In this document: piece by piece, positions 34,499-43,214 of the stretch
Layout: each line of letters opens with the position of its first letter
Position numbering within the stretch: the first letter of the stretch is position 1
Assembly (NCBI GenBank): GCA_963845755.1
Contig: CAWJTV010000001.1
Coordinates: 245,862-309,861, forward strand
Origin: an uncultured Planctomycetota bacterium
GTDB lineage: Bacteria > Planctomycetota > Planctomycetia > Isosphaerales > Isosphaeraceae
Direction of reading: 5' to 3'
Length of the DNA stretch: 64,000 nucleotides
The notes under the pieces: generated by a model
What the model was told of the DNA's origin: nothing
The model's input: the letters and a program-made list of their open reading frames with translations, nothing else
The model's database searches: none
Program-made: the position numbers and the translations under genes

Positions 34499-36974
34499 GC
34501 GCAATTGGATTGTACCCACGAGGCGGGAAGACTCGCGGGCCCCATGGCCCAGGTCGCAGGGCTCGGCTATGCTGGAGACTCCCGAAACCACCGCGAGATT
34601 CAGCGAGAGGAATGCCGTGCCATCCGCCAACCTGGACAAACTCAATCGGGAGCTGGATCGAATCGATCGACCCGGTACGTTCTGCGCCGCCGACAGCGTG
34701 CCCGCCGTCCTGCCCGGCCTGGAAGTCGAGGGCCTGGGGCCGGTCGGGCTGCCGCTCACCCCGAGGACAGCGAAAGAGCTGATCAAGCACTGTCATCAGG
34801 CCCCCTACGGCAAGGGCGAGGAGACCCTCGTCAACACGAAGGTCCGCCGCGTCTGGCGGATGGAGCCGGACCGCTTCAGCCTCAAGAACCCCGACTGGGA
34901 CCGGGTCGTCAAGGAGATCGTCGGCAAGGTCCAGGAAGAGCTCGGGCTGGAGAGCCAGAAGCTCGAGAGCCACCTGTACGACCTGTTGCTCTACGAGAAA
35001 GGGAGCTTCTTCCTGCCCCATCGCGACGGCGAGAAGCTCGACCGGATGGTCGCGACGCTCGTCGTGGTGTTGCCCTCGACGTTTGAGGGGGGCGAGTTGG
35101 TCGTCCGCCACGAGGGGCAGGAGCGGACGATCGACTTCGGCGGGCCAGCCGGCGACCCGTTCCACATCCACTACGCCGCCTTCTACGCCGACTGCGAACA
35201 CGAGGTCCGGCCGCTCGAGAAGGGGTATCGCCTCTGCCTGGTCTACAACCTCACGCTGGCGAAGTCGAAGAAGTCCCTGAGGGCGCCGCGCGACTCGGAG
35301 CACATCGCGGCGATCGTCCCGCTCATCCGGAAATGGGCGTCCGACGAGGAGTCAACCGAGAAGCTGGGCATCGCCCTGGACCATCAATACACCAAGGACG
35401 GCCTGACCTGGGACGCGCTCAAGGGCACGGACCGGGTCAAGGCGCGCGTCCTCGCCGAGGCGGCCCGACAGGCGGAGTGCCGGGCCTACCTGGCGCTCTT
35501 GACCCTCCATGACTCGGGCTCGGCGGAGTACGCCCGCGGGTCCGGCCGAGGATACGGCTATGGCCGGCGACGGAGCTGGTACGGCGACTACGATGACGAG
35601 GGCGACGCCAGCGACTACGAGATGGGGGAGATCTACGAGACCAGCCTCACCGCGGACCACTGGAGCGACGCCGAGGGCCACCGGCTGCCGATCGGCGAAC
35701 TGGACATCGAGGAGGACGAGCTCCTCGATCCGGAGGCGCTCCGGGAGGGGGAGCCTTCCGAGGAGGATTTCGAAGGCTTCACCGGCAACGCCGGGATGAC
35801 GCTGGACCGCTGGTATCGCCATGCCGCGGTCTTCCTCTGGCCCGCGAGCCGGCATTTCGAGGTCATCTGCGATCGCGACAGCCGCGCCGTCGTGCCGGAG
35901 CTGGTCCGGATGGTGGCGCGGTGGAAGAAGGGCCGCGGCGAGGAGGCGGCGGCCCTCGAGGCGCAGTGTCGCGAGCTCGCCGCCGCGATCGTCGCGAAAT
36001 GGCCCGCCGGCGCCCAGGGCCGCATCAGGCCCGACGGCAAGGATGACTGGGCGGGCGAGCTGCTCGCCGCGCTCGCCGCGCTCGACGACCCCGGCCGCAT
36101 CGGCGACTTCCTGGGAGGCGCCATGGCCAGGGACGCAACGGCCCAGCCCGGCAAGTCGATCGCCGCGATCGGCCAGAAGTACGGCTGGACGACCTTCCGG
36201 CCGCAGCTCGCCTCGGTGATGAAGGCGACTACGCCCGGGACGATGGAGCGGAACGTCCGGCTGCTGGAGTCGATCTGCACGGCCCGGCCGCGGAAGAAGG
36301 AGGGATGGAGCGAGCTGTGCGAGGCCCTCGCCTCGGAGCTCGTGTCGGCCATCGGGTCGATCGACCGGGCGCCCCCGTCCTCCGACGACTGGCGCTATCG
36401 GTCCGTCGATCGCGTGGAAGTCCTCGCGGGCCTGGCTCGCTCGCTGATCGCGACCGAGCAGGACAGGCTGCTGTCCCGATTCATCGACCATGCCCTCGCC
36501 TTGCCGCAGAAGTATCCGCTCACAGACGCCCACATCAAGGCGCTCGTGGGCCTCCGGACGTGGCTCTCGAAGAACGTCAAGAAGCCGTCGGCCGGCCTGG
36601 TGAAGTGGCTCGACGAGGTCCGGGACCAGCTCAGGTCGATCACCGCCGAGGTGCCGCAAGAACCGACCGACTTCCGCCGCGCGGCCCCGATCAAGTGCAC
36701 CTGCTCCGATTGCGCCGAGCTGAAGCGGTTCCTCGCAGACCCGGGCGAACGGGTGCTTCGCCTCAAGATGGGCAAGGAGCGCCGCCGGCACCTCCATTCC
36801 CAGATCGACGTCAACAAGATCGACCTGACCCACGTCACCGAGCGGATCGGCTCGCCCCAGACCCTCGTCTGCACCAAGACGGCGGCGTCCTACCAGGCCA
36901 GCCTGAAGAAGTACCGCGAGGATCGGGAACACCTGGCGACGATCGAGGCCATCCGGGCGAGCCTGCCCGGGTGA
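34497..36974 (+). CDS. Large 2OG-Fe(II) oxygenase-domain protein
   Basis: FFLPHRDGEK (HxD), FEGGELVV, DCEHEVRP, GYRLCLVYNL; long C-terminal region with CTCSDC; true start probably 34570-34620. Confidence 0.85.
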   Translation: MRNWIVPTRREDSRAPWPRSQGSAMLETPETTARFSERNAVPSANLDKLNRELDRIDRPGTFCAADSVPAVLPGLEVEGLGPVGLPLTPRTAKELIKHCHQAPYGKGEETLVNTKVRRVWRMEPDRFSLKNPDWDRVVKEIVGKVQEELGLESQKLESHLYDLLLYEKGSFFLPHRDGEKLDRMVATLVVVLPSTFEGGELVVRHEGQERTIDFGGPAGDPFHIHYAAFYADCEHEVRPLEKGYRLCLVYNLTLAKSKKSLRAPRDSEHIAAIVPLIRKWASDEESTEKLGIALDHQYTKDGLTWDALKGTDRVKARVLAEAARQAECRAYLALLTLHDSGSAEYARGSGRGYGYGRRRSWYGDYDDEGDASDYEMGEIYETSLTADHWSDAEGHRLPIGELDIEEDELLDPEALREGEPSEEDFEGFTGNAGMTLDRWYRHAAVFLWPASRHFEVICDRDSRAVVPELVRMVARWKKGRGEEAAALEAQCRELAAAIVAKWPAGAQGRIRPDGKDDWAGELLAALAALDDPGRIGDFLGGAMARDATAQPGKSIAAIGQKYGWTTFRPQLASVMKATTPGTMERNVRLLESICTARPRKKEGWSELCEALASELVSAIGSIDRAPPSSDDWRYRSVDRVEVLAGLARSLIATEQDRLLSRFIDHALALPQKYPLTDAHIKALVGLRTWLSKNVKKPSAGLVKWLDEVRDQLRSITAEVPQEPTDFRRAAPIKCTCSDCAELKRFLADPGERVLRLKMGKERRRHLHSQIDVNKIDLTHVTERIGSPQTLVCTKTAASYQASLKKYREDREHLATIEAIRASLPG

Positions 36975-37354
36975 GCTCGACCCCTACGAGCTCCACTCCG
37001 AGCGCCTCGACGCTCGACTTCGTCGAGGGCCTGGCCGATCACCTGCTCGACCTCTTCCCGTTCCTCTCGGATCTGAAGGTCAATCGCCAGTGGTCGGGAA
37101 TGTCGGACATGACGCCCGACTTCTCGCCGATCCTGGGGACCACGCCGATCCGGGGCTTCTACCTCGACACCGGCTGGGGGACCTGGGGCTTCAAGGCCAC
37201 CCCGGTCTGCGGCACCACCATGGCCTACACCCTGGCCAGGGACCAGGACCATGAGTTAATCCGCCCGTTCAACCTCCAGCGGTTCGCGAATTACGAGCTC
37301 GTCGGCGAGAAAGGCGCCGCCTCGGTGGGACACTGAATCCGCAAATCCTCACTC
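36975..37354 (+). pseudogene. Duplicated 3' end of mgdA plus downstream flank (copy of ~33160-33539)
   Basis: Near-identical DNA ending EKGAASVGH* and the following ...aatcctcactct; no start codon. Confidence 0.93.
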
Positions 37355-37534
37355 TGGAGAGGAGCGAGCCTGTGGCCGGTTTCTCAATCGGTATATAATT
37401 ATAGATGAATAATTACAATTGTATAGATTTACGTGTACAGGAGGCATCCTCTCGATCGCCGCGGCATCCCTTCCCGACCAACGACCTCCCAGGTAATATG
37501 GAGGAGTGGGACGGTGAGAAAGGAGAGAGGGGCC

Positions 37535-37840
37535 GTGGAAGTTTCTGTCATCATCGAGCCGATTACCGGCAGCGGGTATCGCGCGACCGGGGCCGGCGGG
37601 CTCTCGGTCGGCCTGACCGCTGACGGAGCGACGGCCGCAGAAGCCATCGACCGACTGGCCGACCAGGTCCGGCTCCGCGTGAACGCCGGGGCCAGATTGG
37701 CCGAGTTGAACGTCGCTGGCGGCATCGCACCCTGGAAGCAGGATGCCGGATACTTGCACGACGATCCCCTCTATGAACCCTGGCGCGCCGCGATGGAGGA
37801 ATACCGTCATCAACTCGACGAAGACCCCGAGGCGCTATGA
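37535..37840 (+). CDS. Putative antitoxin (HicB-like N-terminus)
   Basis: VSVIIEP..GSGYRA....LTADGATAAEAI pattern; GTG start with RBS; ATGA overlap with VapC. Confidence 0.65.
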   Translation: MEVSVIIEPITGSGYRATGAGGLSVGLTADGATAAEAIDRLADQVRLRVNAGARLAELNVAGGIAPWKQDAGYLHDDPLYEPWRAAMEEYRHQLDEDPEAL

Positions 37841-38256
37841 GCCTCTTCGTCCTCGATACCGACCACCTGACTCTCTATTACCACGGCGACCCGATCGTCG
37901 TTCAGAGGGTCAACTCGAGGCTACACACGGAGTTGGCGATCTCGGTCTTGACGGTCGATGAGCAACTCACGGGTTGGTACACGCTGATGCGGCAAGCCCG
38001 CCGTCCGGAAGAAGTCGCACGGGCCTACGTGCATCTCGGCGAAGCCGTCGTGCGTCTGGGCCGCTGGCGCATCCTGCCCTACACGGAAGCGGCCATCGCG
38101 CGGGTCGCTCAGCTCAAGGCCCTCCGGTTGAACGTTCGGCTCATGGACCTGCGGATCGCCGCCGTTGCGATGGAGAATCAAGCTGTGGTCGTCACCCGCA
38201 ACCGACGCGACTTCGGCCGTGTTCCCGGCCTGAGCGTCGAGGATTGGTCGGTTTGA
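37837..38256 (+). CDS. vapC: VapC-family PIN toxin
   Basis: FVLDTDHLT, TVDEQ, MDLRIAAVA, VVTRNRRDFGRVPGLSVEDW. Confidence 0.9.
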   Translation: MSLFVLDTDHLTLYYHGDPIVVQRVNSRLHTELAISVLTVDEQLTGWYTLMRQARRPEEVARAYVHLGEAVVRLGRWRILPYTEAAIARVAQLKALRLNVRLMDLRIAAVAMENQAVVVTRNRRDFGRVPGLSVEDWSV

Positions 38257-38498
38257 GCCCCCCGTCCGGGGATTCCGGCGGGGCCCGCCACGGGCCGCCG
38301 TCGCTTCAGGCGGAGTCCCAGCCCGCCGACGCAAACCATCGCGGGCCAGGTCGGGTGTCGCTGCCGAATCTCTCGGAGAGGCCACGCCGAGGAACGGCCA
38401 GCCGGTCCGACGCCACCGAAGGCCATTGAGTCGCGGTGAATTCGGTCGATCCGACCGAAGCTCGCAAGGCGACCGTCCGACGGTTCGGTCGATCCGAA

Positions 38499-38572
38499 TA
38501 TGTGAGCCAATCCGCTCGGGGTGAGCTGGTCATGGGGGCCGCGCTGGACCCCTACGTGCTCCACTCCGAGCG
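38499..38572 (+). repeat. Duplicated internal fragment of mgdA (copy of 33116-33189)
   Basis: 74 bp with 2 mismatches counted by eye. Confidence 0.93.
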
Positions 38573-38603
38573 GGGCGTGAAAAGGGGACGGGGGCGTGAA
38601 AAG

Positions 38604-38885
38604 ACAGCCATGTGGGAATTGGCGTGATGCCGATTTGGGACCTATGTACGGACGATCCCTGTCCCCGCCGAACCGGCGGGTTTTACAGATGTCGTTTGAT
38701 GGCCAATCCCGACCAGGGGCCACCTCGGTCTCGTCAGGGATCACGTCTCGCCATACTGGTTTATCAGGGGAGTGACCCCACACAGCCTTATCCGACGTTG
38801 GTGATCCGAGACAGAGCGCCACGCTTTTCCACGGCTTTGCGCCTTGGGGACAGATTCGACGTTGTTCGGCCCCTGGTCCGGATGG
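38604..38885 (-). ncRNA. Predicted bridge/seek RNA region of the IS110 element
   Basis: About 280-nt non-coding segment downstream of the recombinase with short matches to target and donor junctions on either side of small hairpins; RNA boundaries unknown. Confidence 0.65.
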
Positions 38886-40460
38886 TCACTCTGTGGGATC
38901 AGCCTCCCCTGACTCCGGTGATCTTACCAGGTTCCCCTCCAGTTTGGCCAAGATGGCGGGGAGAATCGTGTCTAGCTGGCGCGGTCCCGTTCCCCGCGAT
39001 TTCGGGACCCGAGCCAGCTCCTCCGCCACAGCGGCCGCTTCCTCACGATGCGCCGTGTGCGGGAGTTGGGCCACTGCGGCGTCGAGGTTTCGCGAGAGCT
39101 GATCAGGTGGAATGATATGCTCAAGAGAAAACCTGATCAGTTTATCGAGGATGGGATCCCGCTGCTGAGCGCAGGGGTGTTGGAAGGTCATCCGACCGGC
39201 TACCATCTGGTAGGCGATCCGGCAGAACCGACCGGCGACCTGGACACGGACGCTACGGGCGTCCTTGCCCCTGAGCCGCCATCCCGCGGCCAGGACCGCG
39301 AAGTGATCATTGCATTTGATCAAGTTATCTGCAATCGTGAGGATGGCGGATCGCAGGTCGCGATTGGCGTGTCGGACCAGCGCGCCGTCGCGACGATCGA
39401 CCTGGTCGCTCTGGTACCGCGAGGGGAACAACCCGGCGCGGCCCGTAATCGCTCGGGCCTTGGTGTAGCGCTCGATCGGCCCCATCTCGCCGGCGAACTC
39501 GGCGGCCGAGACCACGTTGATCCCGACGATGCCCAGCAGGAGCAGGTAGGGCGTCCCGGCCAAGAGCCCGGCCAGGTCACCCTCGACCGCCTGGATGGCT
39601 TGAGCCTTGGCGACCTGGTCGGCGTCGAGCTCCAGGAAGATGCGGTGATGGAGCGACGCCGGTTCCTCGGCCGACGGTGCCGACCGGGCCCAAGCGACGA
39701 TCTTTTCCAGGGTGGACCGATACACTCGGAGGCCGGCCTGTCGAACCTGTTGGCTCAAGCCGGCCAGGCCGATCTGGGCGATCGCCGCGGCCGAGCCGAG
39801 GTCCCTGGCCACCCAGAGGATGGCCGGAGAACCGAAGAGATCGCCGACGCACTTCGAGTATCCTGGCATGAACGATTGAAGATGCTCGAGCATCTGCTGT
39901 TGGAGGACGACTCGCTTTTGCACCGAGGTGCGGCGGTGCCTGGCCAGCAGTTGGAGTCGGGCATAGACCGGGTCGGGTTCGGGCTCCAGCAGGCCGAAGC
40001 CGTTGACGGCGGCGCGGTGGATGGCGGAGAGGTCGGTGTCGTCGGTCTTGTTGCCGGGGTCGGCGGGGAGTCGATACTGCTTGGTGGTGTAAGGATGAAC
40101 GATGCGGACCTCGAACCCCGCCTTGCGGAAGCTGCGCTGGACCGGGCCGTGATAGCGACCGGTGCGCTCGACGACCACGATCACCTCCCGGATGCCGTGC
40201 CGGGCCATGGCCGCGCGAACCGACGTCACGGCGGTCTCGAAGTCGGATCGGTTGTGTTCGACGGTGGTCGGCTCGAGCAGGACTCGGCCGTAGAAGTCGG
40301 CGAACATCATCCGGGAGCGTGCCTTGGCGCAATCGACGCACACCAAGCCGAAGTGCTCCGGTCCGACCGCTTGGACGCGCGGGTGAATGACCCCCCGAGG
40401 CTTATGAAGGGCATGCGGCTGCGACGGGCGACGGTTCTTCGACGGGGACTTGGTAGCCAT
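38886..40460 (-). CDS. IS110 DEDD recombinase/transposase
   Basis: CVDCAK, VERTGRYH, KTDDTD, GINVVSAAEFAGEMG, AGLFPSRYQSD. Confidence 0.92.
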   Translation of the reverse strand: MATKSPSKNRRPSQPHALHKPRGVIHPRVQAVGPEHFGLVCVDCAKARSRMMFADFYGRVLLEPTTVEHNRSDFETAVTSVRAAMARHGIREVIVVVERTGRYHGPVQRSFRKAGFEVRIVHPYTTKQYRLPADPGNKTDDTDLSAIHRAAVNGFGLLEPEPDPVYARLQLLARHRRTSVQKRVVLQQQMLEHLQSFMPGYSKCVGDLFGSPAILWVARDLGSAAAIAQIGLAGLSQQVRQAGLRVYRSTLEKIVAWARSAPSAEEPASLHHRIFLELDADQVAKAQAIQAVEGDLAGLLAGTPYLLLLGIVGINVVSAAEFAGEMGPIERYTKARAITGRAGLFPSRYQSDQVDRRDGALVRHANRDLRSAILTIADNLIKCNDHFAVLAAGWRLRGKDARSVRVQVAGRFCRIAYQMVAGRMTFQHPCAQQRDPILDKLIRFSLEHIIPPDQLSRNLDAAVAQLPHTAHREEAAAVAEELARVPKSRGTGPRQLDTILPAILAKLEGNLVRSPESGEADPTE

Positions 40461-40845
40461 GGAACAGGACCTCCGAATCGAGTTGAGAAGAGACCCAACT
40501 CCCATTCTGGAAGTCTGATCGGGCGTTCAGTAGAAAAGATCCTTGACCCCCCCAGGCCCCCCTGTTGTTGCTGGTCAAGAATCTTTAGTACCTCACTTCG
40601 CCACATACCAGGGGACGGAACGAATTATTGACGTCCATTCCGTCCCCTTTTCATCTGCTCCGTTCTGTCAACTTTTCCTCTGCATCCCCTTATCCTTTGC
40701 CTTGGCTGAGAAGACCGACCAGAACCAGCACCAGGACGGCGCGGTCGATGGCCGCATCCGCAAGGACTGACTACTCACGGGACAGCCGCAAGAGTAGAAT
40801 CATGTCGGGGTTGTACCTGCTCATCGAGGAGCGTCCGCCTGCAGC

Positions 40846-41319
40846 ATGGATATCGTCGGCAAGAGGGGAGAGGCGCTCTTCGGCGCGATCATCACCCGGT
40901 GGTGCGGGGGACAGCAGTGGTTCGATCGGCGCTTCCTGGGCGAGAAGGCCGAAGCGCTCGATTTCGAGGTGACGCTCCTCGGATCGTCCGTCTTTCAGTC
41001 GAATTTCTTCGTACAGGTGAAGGCGACGGCGAAGGCTAAGCGGTATGCGGGCACAGGAATGGGTCGTAAACTGCTCGTCCGGCTGACGGCCGCCGATGCC
41101 AAAAAGCTCGGCAGCATGAAAGTGCCGGCGTATGTCGTCGGAATCGACGTGCTCTCCGGGGTCGCATATATCCAGCACGTCCCGGCGGGAGCCAGGAAGG
41201 GGTTCGTGGGAATCTCTACCCGCCGCTCACTGAACTGCCGGGCCATCAGGAGGATTTGGAATGACGTCGAAGACTTCTGGAAGTCGCGGCCAGTAGGCAT
41301 GACGAAGTCCAGCCTTTGA
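40846..41319 (+). CDS. DUF4365-like PD-(D/E)XK nuclease-fold protein
   Basis: GKRGE..F, LDFEV, FFVQVKAT, PAYVVGID; RBS gaggag upstream. Confidence 0.7.
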   Translation: MDIVGKRGEALFGAIITRWCGGQQWFDRRFLGEKAEALDFEVTLLGSSVFQSNFFVQVKATAKAKRYAGTGMGRKLLVRLTAADAKKLGSMKVPAYVVGIDVLSGVAYIQHVPAGARKGFVGISTRRSLNCRAIRRIWNDVEDFWKSRPVGMTKSSL

Positions 41320-41328
41320 GGAGGGCAC

Positions 41329-41853
41329 ATGTCTCCAGCAAACCAGATGGTGGGTCACCGCTCAGAACTCCTCGCCAGGGTTGCCCTGACGCGGCGATTG
41401 AACGTCAACGTGTTCAACATGGATATGGGCGGCGAGATGGGAATCGACTTGCTCTGCTCGATCCGCGACCCGACCCTCCCCGGATTCCTCCCGTTCGGCG
41501 TGCTCGTATGGGGCACGTCTAACCCCCTGGACACGTCGGAGGATTTGGCGAAGCACGTCCGCGGCCGCAGGAAGAAGCTCGACAAGCGGACACGATACTT
41601 CATCCCGGTCATCGTCTTGCTGTTTTCCATGCACAACGACAGGGAGTTCTACGCCTGGCTCGTCGAGCCATCTGAAGACTCGACCCATCTTGTGGATGTG
41701 GCCGATCTGGATTTCAAGCCGTTTGATACCAGGCAACTAGACAGGGTCATTCGGCGCATCACGAATTGGTATAAGTTCCTTGCCGCAGACATCCGGCCTG
41801 AGACCACGGAAATCAATTCGTCTCGGTTTCCGAATGACGAGCGGGATGACTGA
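41329..41853 (+). CDS. Divergent DUF4365-like protein
   Basis: GHRSELLA, GIDLL, FGVLVWGT, IPVIVLLF...FYAWL; 9 bp after the previous gene with RBS gaggagg. Confidence 0.55.
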   Translation: MSPANQMVGHRSELLARVALTRRLNVNVFNMDMGGEMGIDLLCSIRDPTLPGFLPFGVLVWGTSNPLDTSEDLAKHVRGRRKKLDKRTRYFIPVIVLLFSMHNDREFYAWLVEPSEDSTHLVDVADLDFKPFDTRQLDRVIRRITNWYKFLAADIRPETTEINSSRFPNDERDD

Positions 41854-41911
41854 TACAGTCCCCATGTGATCGAGGTTCCCTGCCCCTTCACGCGCAAGGT
41901 CAGGTATTGCT

Positions 41912-42160
41912 TGCTTCGGTCCGACGACACCGAAGTCGATCGACCTGAGGTGGCTTCGATCGATCCGGTCGAAGCCGGTTAAACCCGGCGACGGCATCAC
42001 CTCCGAGGAATGCGGGTTTGGGGTCCGCGACGCGGCTCAGTTCGGCCCCGCCTTGGTCCCGGTCCTGGGTGAGGATTCTGGGCGAGGCAGAACCTCGGCT
42101 TGGCCGGACCACTCCTGCCTTCGGGCGGGACGTGACAGGCGGTTGAATCTAGCTCCGCTC
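41912..42160. repeat. Unnamed repeat; distal part is an inverted degenerate copy of ~42910-43110
   Basis: cttcggtccgacgacaccga core shared with 43104; colinear blocks shared with 42910-43110 in reverse. Confidence 0.65.
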
Positions 42161-42231
42161 CCCCGCTTCCGCTCCATCCCCCGCTTCCGCTCCATCCCCG
42201 TTTCCGGTCCTCGTCCCCGTTTCCGCTCCTC
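42153..42231. repeat. ~18-bp pyrimidine-rich tandem repeat (about 4 copies)
   Basis: cccccgcttccgctccat x2 followed by ccccgtttccggtcctcgt variants. Confidence 0.75.
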
Positions 42232-42247
42232 GTGTGCCAATAAAACC

Positions 42248-42395
42248 GGGATCGTCCCAAACGCCCATTTCCCAGCTTGACACTTCGGCGCCGAAGTGTC
42301 GCCAAACGAGCGAAACTGGCGGGTTTCAGCCCGGCCGTGTCTGCCCCAAGTGTCAAGTTGCCGAGGGACGAATTCAGCCGGTTTGGGACGATCCC
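42248..42395. repeat. Nested palindromic (MITE/REP-like) element
   Basis: gggatcgtcccaaac / gtttgggacgatccc outer arms; cttgacactt / aagtgtcaag inner arms; gacacttcggcgccgaagtgtc palindrome. Confidence 0.75.
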
Positions 42396-42457
42396 ATAAA
42401 ACCCCCGTGATGTTCACGAGGTTTTTGCCCTTATCGTTCCGTCCGTGAGTCACCGTG

Positions 42458-42718
42458 TTACTTGCGCTTCCCGAGGAATAGCGCATCGACCAAGGTCAAC
42501 TCGACAAAGTCCTCAAGAGTGTACGACACTCCCTGCGTGTCCATGATCGTGGTGCCATGGCCTCGTGTAGATCGGCTAGTCGCCAGCCTATCGACGATGC
42601 TCACGATCTCGTTGCGGAGCGTATCTTTTGATACATCAGGGTTCTCCTTGTAGAAGTCCTTGAGCGCCAGTACAACGGCGTCCCGGCTCACACCTTCGAG
42701 TTGCACATCTTTACTCAT
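42458..42718 (-). CDS. Small hypothetical protein
   Basis: 86-aa ORF, RBS gaggag, AT-rich upstream region. Confidence 0.6.
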   Translation of the reverse strand: MSKDVQLEGVSRDAVVLALKDFYKENPDVSKDTLRNEIVSIVDRLATSRSTRGHGTTIMDTQGVSYTLEDFVELTLVDALFLGKRK

Positions 42719-42909
42719 TGGTCTGCTATCTCCTCATGATAGAGTCTCTAATCACTTGGCATCGAAGTCGTCGATGCCACTAATAGTGTATTTTTGTATA
42801 GATTGCGGAGTCAATACCGGATTCGAGTTTTCGTCCAATTGCAACGTAAAACTTGATAACACGCATCATATTAATGTGGCGACCGGAATCTCTTGAGGGG
42901 GGACGGCAA

Positions 42910-43214
42910 CGGAGACGCGGCTGGATTTGACCGCCTGCCACAGCCCGCTCGACGACAGCGGTGGTCGGGCCGGGCCAGGGTCCTGCTTGGCACGGAATCC
43001 AGATCCAGAGCCCGGACCAAGGCCGGTAGGACCGACCTGAGTCGCGCTACGCACCGTTGTCCCGCGTTCGGCAGGGCTGATTTCGTCGTGTGGTATTAAC
43101 CTGCTTCGGTCCGACGACACCGACGCGCACACCGAGGTTGCCTCTGGGCCCATGTCGGGTGGATCGGCTTTCATCCCGCCGCACCTTGTTCGCTGCTGAA
43201 CGACTGTCACCCTC
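42910..43214. repeat. Composite copy of the unnamed repeat family
   Basis: Left part matches 41975-42160 inverted; right part matches 34387-34498 inverted. Confidence 0.7.

Larger units (their letters stand above)
38604..40611 (-). mobile_element. IS110-family (IS1111-like) insertion sequence
   Basis: AG dinucleotide (CT on element strand) at both junctions (38602-03, 40610-11); imperfect subterminal IRs atgtgggaattg / atgtggcgaagtg; removal restores a 16-bp-arm palindrome. Confidence 0.85.

Noticed and set aside
33815..35086. 423-aa PIN fusion ORF in the ORF track
   Set aside because: Artefact of a frameshift reading through the mgdA fragment and repeat in a non-coding frame.
36305..37336. 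343-aa ORF ending like MgdA
   Set aside because: An off-frame overlap of the oxygenase joined to the duplicated mgdA 3' fragment; not a real gene.
36975..37354. Diversity-generating retroelement TR/VR pair with mgdA
   Set aside because: Differences between the copies are not adenine-specific and no reverse transcriptase is in the window.
38572..38603. Target-site duplication of the IS110
   Set aside because: Both ggggcgtgaaaag copies are on the same side; it is a pre-existing 19-bp tandem repeat whose second copy was interrupted.
34387..43214. Composite transposon defined by the inverted repeats
   Set aside because: No target-site duplication at either plausible boundary and no cognate transposase; kept only as an unnamed repeat.
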